Below, in pieces: positions 11,093-24,454 of a stretch of 64,000 nucleotides of DNA (position 1 is its first letter; each line of letters opens with the position of its first letter). The notes under the pieces were generated by a model that was not told where the DNA came from, searched no databases, and was given only the letters and a program-made list of their open reading frames with translations. The DNA is from Chiloscyllium plagiosum. Its lineage: Eukaryota. The translations under genes were made by a program, and so were the position numbers. Location: assembly GCF_004010195.1 (NCBI RefSeq), contig NC_057719.1, positions 60,027,410-60,091,409 on the forward strand, written 5' to 3'.

Positions 11093-12559
11093 TTGCACAA
11101 TAGCTCATGTCATTCATGTTCCTTTCGGCTTCTGTCCATTGATTCTGGGTGTTATGAAAATGTGTGCAATGTCTATTCAAGGCTTTTCAAAAAATAAACT
11201 AATTAATGATCAAGCTGTAACTTAGCACTCTACCTCCTGCAAAGAAAATCAAATTTACAAGGTTGCACAGGTGTTATTTCAGCAGTGTAATGAGTAAGAT
11301 TTCTGTTACAATCCCAGGTTACAGTATTGTTTACTACAAAATGTATAAAGTCCACTTACAGATGTGCCTTCTGATACCAATCCTGAGAATATACCACTTG
11401 CAAAATCCTGCAACCTTTGACAGACTTTAATAGCAACAAGGGGTCAAAGGATACAATTCATACATTGGGCTTTCATGAATAATAGAGAAGAGGAAACATC
11501 TCATCCTAACCTGGAGTGAAGAAGAGTGGAATTTCTACATAGTTATATGTTCACAAACTCATTCTATGACCTTTCATTGTTGGACCGCTTCCCAGCAGGT
11601 CCATATAAAAACTGCAAGATAAAGGAATATTACTGAAGGCAAGCCTAATGCAATAACTTCTGCTTTCTTGTTGCATTTTGTTTATTAAATAGGCATTACT
11701 TTTAATTTCCAAACTTTAAGTTAAGCTTTTCTGTTATGCATCAAATGACAAGTAAACAACATTTCCATTTTGTTTTTTATAATTAGGTTGATTGAAAGAC
11801 ACTTGAAGGTAACTTACATATTTATTTACATATTAAGTATTTGGTTAAGAATCACCAAAATACAATCATTGGAATCTATCTGCAATTGTGCTCAGACTCA
11901 GAGTCTCAATTTGTCAATCTATCCCAATATATGTAAGAATAATTTAATTGTTGTTTTGTACTTTTTGTACTACATCAATATCAATTTTTACAGTTGGCTT
12001 TTACACTATCCAAAATGAAAGTTGTTTTTTTTTGGTCTCAACACAACCGAGTAGACATAAATCTCCATTTTGTATTTGCAATGTGTCCATTCCCACAAAC
12101 ATAATGAATTAATTCAACGATTTATAAACAAAGATGTAAATAGGACTAAAATACACAGACCACAATGCATCACTTCATTCTTGACGTAAAATCCCTTAAA
12201 GCTTGTTTCCTGAATTCCTTTTTGGCAAAATGAAATTAATATGAAAAAGATTAAAAAGTGAACTTTAAATAAGTAATTGCTGCATGGGTAGCAAATATCA
12301 ACCAACAGCATAAAAATCAACAAAATTATCCATATTTGTTTATTTTTTGGTTTTGATAGTATGGTTTCAATAAAATATTAGTACTTTGGAAACAGTTGCT
12401 GCCAGTATACATTGGAGCTAAATGCACTCAGAATAATAAAGATACGGGAAATCCTGACTGCTGATCACTATGTGCAATCTGAGGCTGCCGGTGCTATTAG
12501 TCACCACATTGTTGCTATCAGCCTGTTTTAGGGTAGAGATCTACAAGGCACACTTGCAC

Positions 12560-13710
12560 TGATATGGTGGAGGTAAACCACTTCACTGTTTAATGGTAAG
12601 AGGCTCTTACTCCTTTTCTCCCACCTGTACCCGCACTAACACCCACTTTCATTTCACTCAATCCCTTTCTTTCTCTCATTACAGTGGAAAACATAATTGT
12701 ACCAAAAGAGCTAAGACAGATGGTGGGTTGTCCACTTCCTATAAGGAGAGAAGCTTGGTCCTTGAGGACAAAGCCCGTTCCTGTGGAGATGCTGAAATTT
12801 CCATGTCGAGCCAACGAAGTAAGTAGTTTTGCCATTGTTGTATTGTGTCACCATTACCCCCTCCCACTGCCAACATCGTATTAACATGTCATAAATTCTC
12901 CCCTGTGATCGCAAAGCATTCTCTGTTTTATTTCCTGCAGGACATCAATGGTCTCTGTGGTCAAGTGAATTTCCCCACCTTCGTTTCTGACGAAGACAGC
13001 ATGGGTGCTTCAGAGGGAGTATCAGCAAAGCTTCCCCCTGTACTCTCCACCAGCTCCGATACTGACACCTCAATGGGAATTTTGCTCCACTAGAGTCAGC
13101 AGCACACATTGGGGTGAGCACAGAAATAACTCAGGTCTCTGACATTTGGACGACAACTGCTCAGGCCCAGGCTGAGTGGACTCCATAGTGTGGGCAATCA
13201 GGGACTTCAGTGACATTCCCAGGCAGACAGGAACAGCAGCAGGTAACATGACACAGAGATGGAGAGACTGTAGTGATGCGGCTGCCTCAGGCATGTGATT
13301 ATCTCGATGTGTCCATGAATAATTTGGTTTCTGACACAAGAAGGATATGTGTGCACAAACTGGTATCCCATCACCCTAGCCATTGGTCCTCAGCACCAAC
13401 TGAAAGGTAATGGAGATAAAAGGACCTGAAGCTTAATCCAGTTGGCACCTAGCTGGAGGAGAAACCTCGTGCAGGTTAGCCCCCTCCTGAGAGACCTCCT
13501 GTCAGTACACTCCAGAGGTCACCAGGCCTTCCACTTCTACCAGCCTGCCACCCTCAGCCCTGTAGAAGGTCAAGCCAAGGAGGGTGCCTTCATCTCTGGC
13601 GGGACACCCTCAGCATGGCTGGGCCCTCTGGACGCAAACACCTCTGAAGGTCACCTGATCAAACCTTCAAAGTCAATAGGGAGCAGTGTAAGGTAGGTTC
13701 CCTCCATCTC
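12560..13710 (+). mobile_element. Decayed PIF/Harbinger accessory (Myb/SANT-partner) gene remnant
   Basis: RAKTDGG...KERSL segment and an exon/intron-like layout like the remnants at 28.3 kb and 52 kb; highly degenerate. Confidence 0.35.
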
Positions 13711-13997
13711 TGCACTGCACTCAGTTTGACACTTTTAGAATCAAATGGATTCTCTATGATAGATGAGATCTTTTCCTCTGAGGATTAATTTATACTCCTC
13801 CACCACTCAGCATCACTCATCATTAGTATAGACTTTTCTTGAACCAAATTTTCATTTGTCATTTACAAACCTCCCAAAGATTGCCATCGATTTTGATGAC
13901 AAGTTTGTCCCTTAAGAACTCTGACGTTAAGTCATATTGTTCCTAATAACCAGCACAGATCTTTAATTAAATTTATCTGTGGCTGCCCCTGGACACT

Positions 13998-14437
13998 GAA
14001 TATTTTTTATTCATTCTTGGGATCTGGGTATCATTGGCTGGGCCAGTATCAATTGTCTCTCCCTTCTTGTCTTTGAGAAGGTAGTGGTGAGTTGCCTTAT
14101 TGAACTGTTGCAATTCATGTGGTGTCGGTAGATCCATAATACTGTTGGGGAGGGAGTTCCAGGATATTGACCCAGTGACATTGAAGGGACAATGATATAC
14201 TTCCATGTTAGGATTATGATTGGTGTGGAGGAGAATTTGGAGTAGTGTTTCCATGTGTTGGCTGCTCTTGTCCTTCTAGATAGTAGTGGTAATTGGTTTG
14301 GAAGATGTTGTCGAAGGAGCCTTGGTGAATTTCTGCAGTGCATCTTATAGATAGTACACATTGCTGCAACTGAGTATCGGTGGTCGGGGAACGAATGTTA
14401 CAAGGTGCCAATAGAGAAAGCTGAGTTGACCTGGAGG
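13998..14437 (-). mobile_element. LINE 3' fragment (CR1/L2-like, clade unresolved)
   Basis: Shares cttgagaaggtggtggtgagctgcc and cagtgcatcttgtagatggtacac motifs with copies at 24.9, 32.0, 44.2 and 56.3 kb. Confidence 0.7.
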
Positions 14438-16487
14438 ATTAAATCCTGCTCTTTGGCATGATCACTGCAGAAAGTTGAATCTGTACTGCAGGGACGCTGT
14501 CTCCCTGACCCACACTTTGATTGATGTTCTTCCAAGTCATGTAATTGGGAAGTAGAAAGGACTTTAAATCAAACAAGTGGGCTGTGAGATCAAGTTTGGG
14601 TAAACTTAACAGATGAAGAGATAGAAAGCCGAAAAACAATATACTACTGTGGAAAAAAAAATCAGAAAATAGCAGGAAAGGACAGAAAGAAGAAAAACAG
14701 AAGAACACACCAGCAGTCAAGACTAGGTATTACAAAGATAACAAAAATGCAAAAGGCATTCAGTATCTCAGTGTACTGAGAATCATAACAGATTGATAAC
14801 TCACATTGAAGTGAACAAATATGGTCTGATAGTGCTGGCTGGAGGATGGCAAGGATTGAGTTCCAAATACCTAGATTGGCGTGATACTCAAGAAAAGTAG
14901 AAGTCAGGAGGGTAGCAAACCAAATCAAAGATGGTACTTGTGCATTAGTTAGACATGGCTTTCATTTAAGGGATCAAGATGTAGATTCAGTTTGGTTGGA
15001 GATGTTGAATTGGAGGTGAAAGATGTCACTAGAAGTGACCCACAGGGGTCTGAACAGTAACCACAATGTAGAAAGAAATACTAAAGAGGAAATGCCAGAT
15101 ACTTGTGATAATGGAATATCAATAATTATAGCTGCTTTTAATCTATATTTAACCTTGAAGAATCAGAATGGTAATGGTGGCCTCAATGAGGAGTTTATAG
15201 AATACTTTTGAGAAAGTTTCTAAAAGCAACACATTCTAGAACCAGAGAGCAGGCTATATTACATAATATGACAGAATTAATTAATGGCCTCAGAGTAAAG
15301 GCATCTTACTCTAAGCAGCGATTATAATGTTATTGAATTTCACAATCACTTTGGAAGGGAGAAGAGTAGGTCAAGGACTAGTATTTTAAATTTTAAAAAT
15401 AGCAAATGTATGGGCATGACAGCTGAGCCAGCTGAACAATCCTGGAATATTGGGCTCGGAGACCGATCGGTAGGGAGGCAGTAGTAGACATTTAAAAGAA
15501 TGCTTTAGCATACTCAGAGTAAGAAGATTCCAGCTATAAAGAAAATTTCCAAGGGGAAGATCTGTGGCTAAATGAAGAAGTTGAGAGCTTCAAACTGAAG
15601 GAAAAGCATATAATTGTGCAAAGATGTGTGGCGAGGTGACTGGATGGAATACAAAGAAAGATAGAGAATGACTGAAAAGCTAATTACAATAAATGAATTA
15701 CAAAATGAGAAGAAGTTAGCTAGAAATGTAAATAAAAAGATAGCAAGAGTTTTTATAGGTGTCAAAGAAGGTGAACAGTAAGTAAAGGAAGTGTTTATCT
15801 TCTAGAGGATACAAAAACTATTCCAAGTGTTTATCTTCTAGAGGATACAAAAACTATTCCAGTACTACTTGTAATTTAGGAGTCTGAAGGATGTGAGGAA
15901 CCTAGGGAAGCAGTATTGAGAAAATTGATGAAGTTGTTTGTAGGTAAGATTGCTAATGATGTTATAGATGTGCTGCTTTTAGTTTTCCAAAATTTTCTGA
16001 ATTCTAGAAAAGTTCCAACAGCTTGGAAAGTTGCAAATACAACTCTTCCAATCAAGAAGGAAGGGAGGTGGAAAACAGGAAGCTATATATCAGTTAACTT
16101 GACATCTATTGCAGAGAAAATGTATGAATTGATTGTTAAAGAGATAACAACTGGCATCTGGAGAAATACAAGGTAATCAGAAAATGTCAGCATGTTTTTT
16201 TGTGAAAGGGAAATCATGTTTAACCAACTTATTTGATTGCTGAAGCTATAATATATGCTGTGGATAAAGAGGAGCACATTAACACAATGGAATTTTCAGA
16301 AGGCAATTCATGAAATTCCACATAAGATATATTGTGCAAAGTAGAAACTCAGATATGTGAGGCAATATGCTGACATGGATAGAAGATTGTCTGGTTGGCA
16401 GATAACACAGAATATGGATAAATGGGTCTTTTCCAGATTGGCAGTATGTGTCAAGTAGAGTTCAGCAGGGGTTTATCCTTGACATCA

Positions 16488-16749
16488 GGGGTGGCATAGT
16501 GGCTTAGTGCTTAGCACTGCTGCCTCACAGCACCAGGGTTCCAGGATCAATTCCAGCCTTGGGCGACTGTCTGTGTGGAGTTTGTCTGCATGGGTTTCCT
16601 CTGGGTGCTCTGGTTTCCTCCCACAGTCCAAAGATGTGCAGGTCAGGTGAATTGGCCTTGCTAGATTGCACATAGTGTTAGGTGCATTAGTCAGAGGGAA
16701 ATGTTGGGCCAAAGGGCCTGTTTCACACTGTAGGGAATCTAATCTAATC
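16488..16749 (+). mobile_element. HE1 SINE
   Basis: Same head, V-domain and (aatct)n tail as 9971-10281. Confidence 0.88.
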
Positions 16750-17195
16750 AAACAAATTACAATTTATTTCAATGACTCAGATGAGGGGACCAAGCTCACG
16801 GTGGCTAAATTTGCAGATTACACAAAGATAGTTAGGAAAGTATATTTGAAAGGTAGGTCATAAAGATGCAGACAGACGAGATAGGTTGAGTGTGGGGCAA
16901 TGTGAAGTTCTTCATTTTGGCAAAAAATATTTTTTTTTAAAAAGCAGAGTATTCCTTTAAATGGCAAACAATTGCAGAATGCTGAAGTGCAGAGGGGTCT
17001 AGGTATTCCAGTGCCTTAGTTACAACAAATGATTAATAAAGCTATTGGAATACTCTCTTCTATTAGAGGAACTTAAATGCAAACCTAAAAGCTTTGGGTG
17101 AAACCACTCCTCAAACAGCATGTGCAGTTTTGGTTTCCTTATTTAAGCAAGTATATAAATGCATTGGAGGCTGTTCAGAGGAGGTTTAATAGTGT

Positions 17196-17527
17196 AATAG
17201 AATCCCTTCAGTGTGGAAACAGGCCATTTGGCCTAACAGGTTCACATCAACCCTCTGAAGAGTAACCCATCTAGATCCATTCCCCTATCCTATTACTCTA
17301 CATTTATCTCTGACTAATACACCTAACCTACATATCCCTGAACACTATGGGCAATTTAACATGGCCAATTCACTTTAACCTGCACACCTTTGGACTGTGG
17401 GAGGAAACCCACGCAGACACAGGGAGAATGTGTAAACTCCACAGAGTCATTTGCCCAAGGCTGGAATTGAACCTGGTCCCTGGCACTGTGAGGCAGCGGT
17501 GTTAACTGGTGAACCACTGTGCCACCC
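17196..17527 (-). mobile_element. HE1 SINE
   Basis: Reverse complement of the HE1 pattern (cagtgtggaaacaggcc...gaggcagc...ccactgtgccacc). Confidence 0.85.
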
Positions 17528-18627
17528 TGTAATAGTTTGGTTCCTGGAGTGAGCAGTTGTCTTTTGAGGAAAGATTTTGGTTTGATTTGATTTATTATTA
17601 TTATAAATTAGACAAAGTGAAAAGTATTGTTTTGATAGGGTCAGCTTGTTATCATTAGAGTTTCAAAGAGCAAGCAAGGAGTTATTTGATAGAAGCCTAT
17701 AAATCCTGAATGGTCTTGACAAGGTAGATATGGAAAGAAGGTTTCCTCTTGTTTGTGAGTCCAAAACAAGTGGAGGATATTAGATGTCACACTTTTAGGA
17801 CGAGATAGGGGAACTTTGTTCCCTCAGAGTGTTGTATGAGTTTGGAATACTCAACCTGAAAAGGCAGTAAAGGTGGGATCTTTAATTACTGTTAAGGCAG
17901 AGATTGATCTCTCTGCCTACTGAGAAACAAAGGTTATTGAACATAGATAGATGTAGGGAATTCAGAACACAGATGGATAAATTATGATGTTATTGAATGG
18001 TGCAGCATACTTAATGGGCCGAATTGCCAACTTTTTCTCCTAATCTGTATGTACATCTAAGGTTTGCAAGCACAAGCTGGTTGGATACAGTCAGTATTTT
18101 GAGTGTTCAGAAAAGAAATAAATAAAAAGTTTTTTAAAAAGCCTCCTTAGCAAATGTGTGTCAGTCTCACAATCTTCTTTGGAACAGACAAAGTGATAAG
18201 CTGTTTCATGCAATCTGCCAGCGTTTGGCATGAAGATGCTATGTACTGAATATCACATCAGCACTGAAATTCATATACTACAGTACTCAATTATGTGATG
18301 GGTAGAATGCCTTTTTGGCTTGATGGCAGCATTATGTGGAAGCAACACCACTCGTGTTCTATTATATAGTAGCAATGTGAAATAAATGTTTGAGGTACTT
18401 ACCACTGATAGACACAATGAGAAATGATCTGATCAGTATAACCATTGTTGTGCAGGATGACAGTGAACAAATGGCTCAGGTGCTCTTTACCATGTTGCCA
18501 AAAGACCAATCTTACAGCACAGGGCACTACAGGAATTCCAATGAATATATTGACCAGTGAAAGTAAGCTTGTGGTAGACAGTAAGAGAAACCCCTGGCTG
18601 ATTTATCAACAAAAAAGTCAAAGAAAT

Positions 18628-18812
18628 GAGCTACAAAAACAGAGGTTTTTGGAAAAGCCCCCAGCAGGTCTGGCAGCCTCTGTGAAGAGAAATCAAAGTT
18701 AGCAGTCAGGTCTGGTGACCCTTCCTCAGAACAGTTTTTCCACTTGTTTCTGTTTCTGTTTTGGTTTCTGATTTACAGCATCCACAGTTTTATTTTCCGT
18801 TTTTTTTTTAAA
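18628..18812. repeat. Fold-back Penelope terminal-repeat fragment
   Basis: Minus-strand terminal repeat (ending cttcctcagaac, i.e. CTGAGGA core) joined to a plus-strand 3' tail (gatttacagcatccacag). Confidence 0.6.
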
Positions 18813-18832
18813 AAATGAGCTGCCAACATTTT

Positions 18833-19230
18833 TCACTGCTCCGTTTTAAAGATGAACTTGAGCTCATTGAGCTCTGGATGGAGTCTATTAAGATGTGTAC
18901 AGGAATTTTTATACTTAGTTGTGGAGTCAGATATCATAGAACTATCACAAACATACAGGGCTAGGAAGCTAGATTTCATCCCATCAAACCATGTTTCCCC
19001 TGGAAACCTATAAAGATGTTTGCTAGAGCAGAGCCTTCTGGAATCCATGGTAGCACCATCTATTTGGGCACACATGATGTCAAATACACAAGTTGCTAAA
19101 GTCATAAATTCAAAGAACATTGATTCACACAATAATGGAGGGTCTAGATGATGTGTTTCTGCAATCCAAAAGTCTATGGCTTCATTTATTGGTACACTGG
19201 GGAATAGTTTAGTAATGTCAATTATCAAGC
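18833..19230 (-). mobile_element. Old Penelope-like RT remnant
   Basis: DITKLFPSVPINEAI...QIDGATMDS...LYVCD...LNRLHP...F..E corresponds to PLE RT motifs (D..SLFT.VP, Q.DG.AMGS, RYVDD). Confidence 0.6.
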
Positions 19231-20138
19231 CAAAAAGTCACTCTGCCTATCACACAAATGAATAATGTGATTCAACAAACATGTCATTTTTCAGCAATCT
19301 TCAGGCTCTCCACTAGAAACAACTAGTCATGCAAGTTTGAGCAACTATCTTAATACAGCAGCTGACATTAGAGAGTAAGTGAACATTTTCCTTGAGCATT
19401 CATTTACCTTTTGTTTCTGAGACTGAGCATGACTTTTGCTCCTTCCAACACATTAAGAGGTTTCACAAACCATTATTATTAAAAGCATTCTAATCTAGCT
19501 TTGACATTTGCCCCCTTGACCATGACCACACCTCCCACCACCAAACCATCATCTCCCAGACCATCCATAACCTCATCACCTCAGGGGATCTCCCATCCAC
19601 CGTCTCCAACCTCATAGTCCCACAACCCCGCACTGCCCGTTTTTACCTCCTGCCCAAAATCCACAAACCTGACTGCCCCGGCCGACCCATTGTCTCAGCC
19701 TGCTCCTGCCCCACCGAACTCATCTCTGCATACCTCGACACGGTCCAAGAACTCCCCACCTACATTCGGGACACCACTCATGCCCTTTACCTCCTCCATG
19801 ATTTTCGCTTCCCCGGTCTCCAACGCCTTATCTTCACCATGGATATCCAGTCCCTGCACACCTCCATCCCCCATCACGAAGGACTCAAAGCCCTCCGCTT
19901 CTTCCTTTCCCGCCGTACCAACCAGTACCCTTCCACTGACACCCTCCTTCGACTGACTGCACTGGTCCTCACCCTGAACAACTTCTCTTTCCAATCCTCC
20001 CACTTCCTCCAAACCAAAGGAGTAGCCATGGGCACCCGCATGGGCCCCAGCTATGCCTGCCTCTTCGTAGGATATGTGGAACAATCCATCTTCCGCAACT
20101 ACACTGCCCCCACCCCCCACCTTTTCCTCCGCGACATC

Positions 20139-21091
20139 NNNNNNNNNNNNNNNNNNNNNNNNNNNNNNNNNNNNNNNNNNNNNNNNNNNNNNNNNNNNNN
20201 NNNNNNNNNNNNNNNNNNNNNNNNNNNNNNNNNNNNNNNNNNNNNNNNNNNNNNNNNNNNNNNNNNNNNNNNNNNNNNNNNNNNNNNNNNNNNNNNNNNN
20301 NNNNNNNNNNNNNNNNNNNNNNNNNNNNNNNNNNNNNNNNNNNNNNNNNNNNNNNNNNNNNNNNNNNNNNNNNNNNNNNNNNNNNNNNNNNNNNNNNNNN
20401 NNNNNNNNNNNNNNNNNNNNNNNNNNNNNNNNNNNNNNNNNNNNNNNNNNNNNNNNNNNNNNNNNNNNNNNNNNNNNNNNNNNNNNNNNNNNNNNNNNNN
20501 NNNNNNNNNNNNNNNNNNNNNNNNNNNNNNNNNNNNNNNNNNNNNNNNNNNNNNNNNNNNNNNNNNNNNNNNNNNNNNNNNNNNNNNNNNNNNNNNNNNN
20601 NNNNNNNNNNNNNNNNNNNNNNNNNNNNNNNNNNNNNNNNNNNNNNNNNNNNNNNNNNNNNNNNNNNNNNNNNNNNNNNNNNNNNNNNNNNNNNNNNNNN
20701 NNNNNNNNNNNNNNNNNNNNNNNNNNNNNNNNNNNNNNNNNNNNNNNNNNNNNNNNNNNNNNNNNNNNNNNNNNNNNNNNNNNNNNNNNNNNNNNNNNNN
20801 NNNNNNNNNNNNNNNNNNNNNNNNNNNNNNNNNNNNNNNNNNNNNNNNNNNNNNNNNNNNNNNNNNNNNNNNNNNNNNNNNNNNNNNNNNNNNNNNNNNN
20901 NNNNNNNNNNNNNNNNNNNNNNNNNNNNNNNNNNNNNNNNNNNNNNNNNNNNNNNNNNNNNNNNNNNNNNNNNNNNNNNNNNNNNNNNNNNNNNNNNNNN
21001 NNNNNNNNNNNNNNNNNNNNNNNNNNNNNNNNNNNNNNNNNNNNNNNNNNNNNNNNNNNNNNNNNNNNNNNNNNNNNNNNNNNNNNNNNNN
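20139..21091. other. Assembly gap (953 N)
   Basis: Run of N. Confidence 1.
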
Positions 21092-21153
21092 TGCCCCTCC
21101 CCCAAGTCCCTCCTCCCTACCTTTTATCTTAGCCTGCTGAGCACACTTTCCTC

Positions 21154-21190
21154 ATTCCTGAAGAAGGGCTCATGCCCGAAACGTTGATTC
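21154..21190 (+). ncRNA. Minimal hammerhead-ribozyme-like motif in Penelope terminal repeat
   Basis: CTGAAGA (21158-64), stem II GGGC/GCCC with loop TCAT, GAAA (21178-81), palindromic AACGTT for helix III; helix I weak. Confidence 0.6.
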
Positions 21191-22184
21191 TCCTGCTCCT
21201 TGGATGCTGCCTGACCTGCTGCGCTTTTCCAGCAACACATTTTCAGCTCTGATCTCCAGCATCTGCAGTCCTCACTTTCTCCTTGACATTTGTAATGACA
21301 AGTTTTTAGTAAACTTAAAAATAAGTAAAACAGCTTTCGGTGGGCTTGCAGTTGTTTGCATCTACTTTATGTATGACTTATTTGGTTTCAATTTTTGAAC
21401 TTATGCCAGGATATGGAAATACATCAGATTGCAGCTCATGTATGCATCAATGTTTTCTTTTAACGACAATAATAATGACACTTGGTGAGATAGAATCTGT
21501 TGAATAATTACTTTGAGCTGCCATTTTGTCAGTAGTAGGTGTAGTCAATAACTATTTTGAGGAATGGATGTCACTTTTGGTAGTTTGTAAAGATTCTCTG
21601 ATGATACTTGAATGTTATGCTGTTTTTAAACAGAAGAGAATATTTTCTTTGAATAGGAGGTTCCCAACTGAAATATCAATTTGCCTTTTTCTTACATAAG
21701 CTATTGAGCATTTAATACAGTTCTATCATTTTCCATTATGTCAGATTCCCAACATTCCTGCAACTTTTTAAAAATCTCTTACTCAAATTACATTCCTATT
21801 ATTGTTTACACATTTTTAGATTCCAGGCTGGAGAAACATTCCCCTTGAATCCATATTGAGTTAAGTCTGCTTTAAGAAAATAATATTGTGGTGATGATCT
21901 TCAGCAGTCCTCTTAAGGACACTGGGTAGACCATATGCAATCTGGTTTTCGTGAATGCAATCATCCTAGCTCATAAAGTTAGGTTCCTTCAATTAGACGT
22001 GTTTTCTCAGTAGAGATCAAAGCTATTGGATGAATTGCTATGTGGAGCATACTTTCATTCATTCATTCATGAAAGTTTCATTCATTACCTTTGATCAATT
22101 TAACAGTGGCATTAATCACAAGTACGTATATTTTGGCTTGTAGCAGTGAACTTGCATGGGGAAACTGAATGGTGGTGCATTAGA

Positions 22185-22595
22185 AAGAAAATAATGAGCT
22201 CATAGTTATACAATGCCTTTCACATATTCTGCACGTCCCAAAGTTTTACAGTTAAAGTAATTTTGAAGTATAGTCATTGTTGTAATGTTGGAAATGCAAC
22301 AGTCCATTTGTGCACAACAAGGGACCATAATCAATACCAGCAATCTGGTCTTAAATATTGCATATAGAGAAATAAATATTGGCCAGGGCACTGAGCTGAA
22401 CTCCCCTGATCTTCATCAAATCTGTACTATTTACCACAGGACAGGACGGGCCATAAAAGGGTCCTCTGAAAGTGCAGTATTCCCTCAGTGCTGCACCAAA
22501 CTGTTGGCAGGGGCTTTGTACTCGAGCCTCTAGATTCACTTTTACAACTATTTGGTTGAAAACTGAGAATGCTAAGCTGAGACAAAGCTGACTAT
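22185..22595 (-). mobile_element. SacSINE1/DeuSINE-type SINE (old)
   Basis: The reverse strand shows Deu-family motifs: cactgagggaatactgcact, caggggagttc...cctggccaatattta, acattacaacaatgactatacttcaaaa, aaaggcattgtata. Confidence 0.7.
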
Positions 22596-24454
22596 TACAG
22601 CTAGTTTATTGATTTTTTTACCCCCATGGCAACCCTGCATTATCATCAAATTAGTATTATTATCTAAATTGTACAATAGGAAACAACTAGTTTATAATAT
22701 TGCATCACTTCCATTGACTATGTTCTGTTCCCTTGATAAACATGTTCTCTGAACACGTGCATGTCAAACTCCTTCCCTGGTGTACACACATATTGTGCAG
22801 CATCAATCTCCAAGTCACATAGTTTTGTCAGGAAAAGAAAACATTCCTACCTTAATTGCTGATTCCTCTCCAAAACATCATCCACGGTGGCATCATTCCA
22901 GATTACATTCCAACACTTCCTGACCCCCACAAAACCAAGTTTACCATTTTTAGTCCTCTTTAGGAAGTATCCCTTATCAAAGTAGGCACAACAAATATTC
23001 CTGCAGTACTGTTCTAAAAGGGAAATTTTGTCATAAGGCCCCAGTCGCAAAGTAAAGAAACCTATCACCCATTAACAGGGATTTTTTTGTTCCCATTTTG
23101 AGTTTATCGCGGTCTCATTAACCTCATTTTGGCCAAGGTAAGATCAGCCCCTGAGTGTTATTAGAAAGTAAAATGTTTAAAATAGATGCCTAAATGCCAC
23201 AATTAATTCAACATGGGGAATCCAACTATTTAGCTTACTGCACAATCTTTAAACCTAATAAAACATAAATGAAAAACCTTTAGGCATTTGAAATACTTAA
23301 GATAGACTTTTCAACAGATTAATGTACATATTTAGACATATTTGTGTACATTAGCAATATTTACAAAATATTTTTTGAGACTATTATATATGGAAGTTAA
23401 TTGTGTGTCCTTTAAGATAAGCATATTCTATTGGTAGGAGCAACCTGTACAATTTCCAGGTAAGGGCTAACAAACAAACAATGCCAGAAGGTTATCCCTT
23501 CCAACCTTGTCCTGCACAACCTGCTGACTGTCCTTTCTGATGTAACATGCTCAAATATATGCTTCATTAGACAGTGTTGGTCATTGAGGAGAAAAAAGAA
23601 AAAATTATTTTAAGCAACAAAAGTAATTTGGTAAGATTCAGATTCACATAAGTGTCATTTTCCACATTTGTTAAACAGCATATTCAACATTCACAGAAGA
23701 CAGAAAATTTTACAATCCTAATTTCAATACCTTACAAAGGTGTTTTCTTTTGTTTATTTTTAAAATAAAAATACAGCCTGCATATCTTGAATGCCTATTG
23801 GATTTGGTTTGTGATTTCTCAGATTTTAAAGGTATAATTAATAGATTTATTGATTGTATTTGTTTAAGACTACATCACCATAAGCTTTGAAAAGCAAACT
23901 CATTTCCATTTATCAATTTTATAATTTTAAGTGCATACTATATTAGTATCTGAAACATCTTGGGGGCAATGATTCTCTCATTATCCATTTTCAGATGATC
24001 TAGCTAATTGCAAGTATAGGGCTTTCACAACATCTCTTTGTAGATTTAATGGCTTGAGGCACAGTCTGACCTTGAGGAAGAGTTCTGAAAAAGCAGCACA
24101 ATCTACTAGATATTGACTCATTTGCATCAAACCAACTACCCAAAATTACAAATATGCATTAAAAACTGGAAGGACTATGTATTCTATGATAAAACGAGAA
24201 CTATGCATGTAGGAGCAATGCTCTACTTCCATTATGGGCAAGAACCTGATCACTATGTGTGAGGTGCTGTCAGTATTGGTCAGGCCTATACCCCACAACT
24301 GTGTCATGGCAATCACCTGAGCCAAGTTTCATTTTATTTGGAGATTTAAAGTTAACTGTGTCCATAACTACCTAATGCACAGATTTTGAGGCAAAGTGGG
24401 GAAGAGCAGACACAAACTGACCTTTGGTGGGGAAAGGACCACTGGTCTGGCAAA

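Larger units (their letters stand above)
14800..18050 (+). mobile_element. Old CR1 LINE ORF2 remnant with two nested HE1 SINEs
   Basis: Degenerate endonuclease-to-RT motifs (WKVANTT..IKKEGR...SVNLTS; VAKFADYTKI) and CR1 3'UTR near 18000. Confidence 0.75.
19511..21282 (+). mobile_element. Penelope-like retroelement, 5'-truncated, spanning the assembly gap
   Basis: RT motifs FYLLPKIHKP..PGRPIVS, MDIQSLHTSIPH, GVAMGTRMGPSYACLF before the gap; terminal repeat after it; 10-bp TSD TTGACATTTG at 19501-19510 and 21283-21292. Confidence 0.88.

Noticed and set aside
19839..21140. Long ORFs of 352-433 aa
   Set aside because: Artefacts of translating through the N gap; only the Penelope RT part before 20139 is real.
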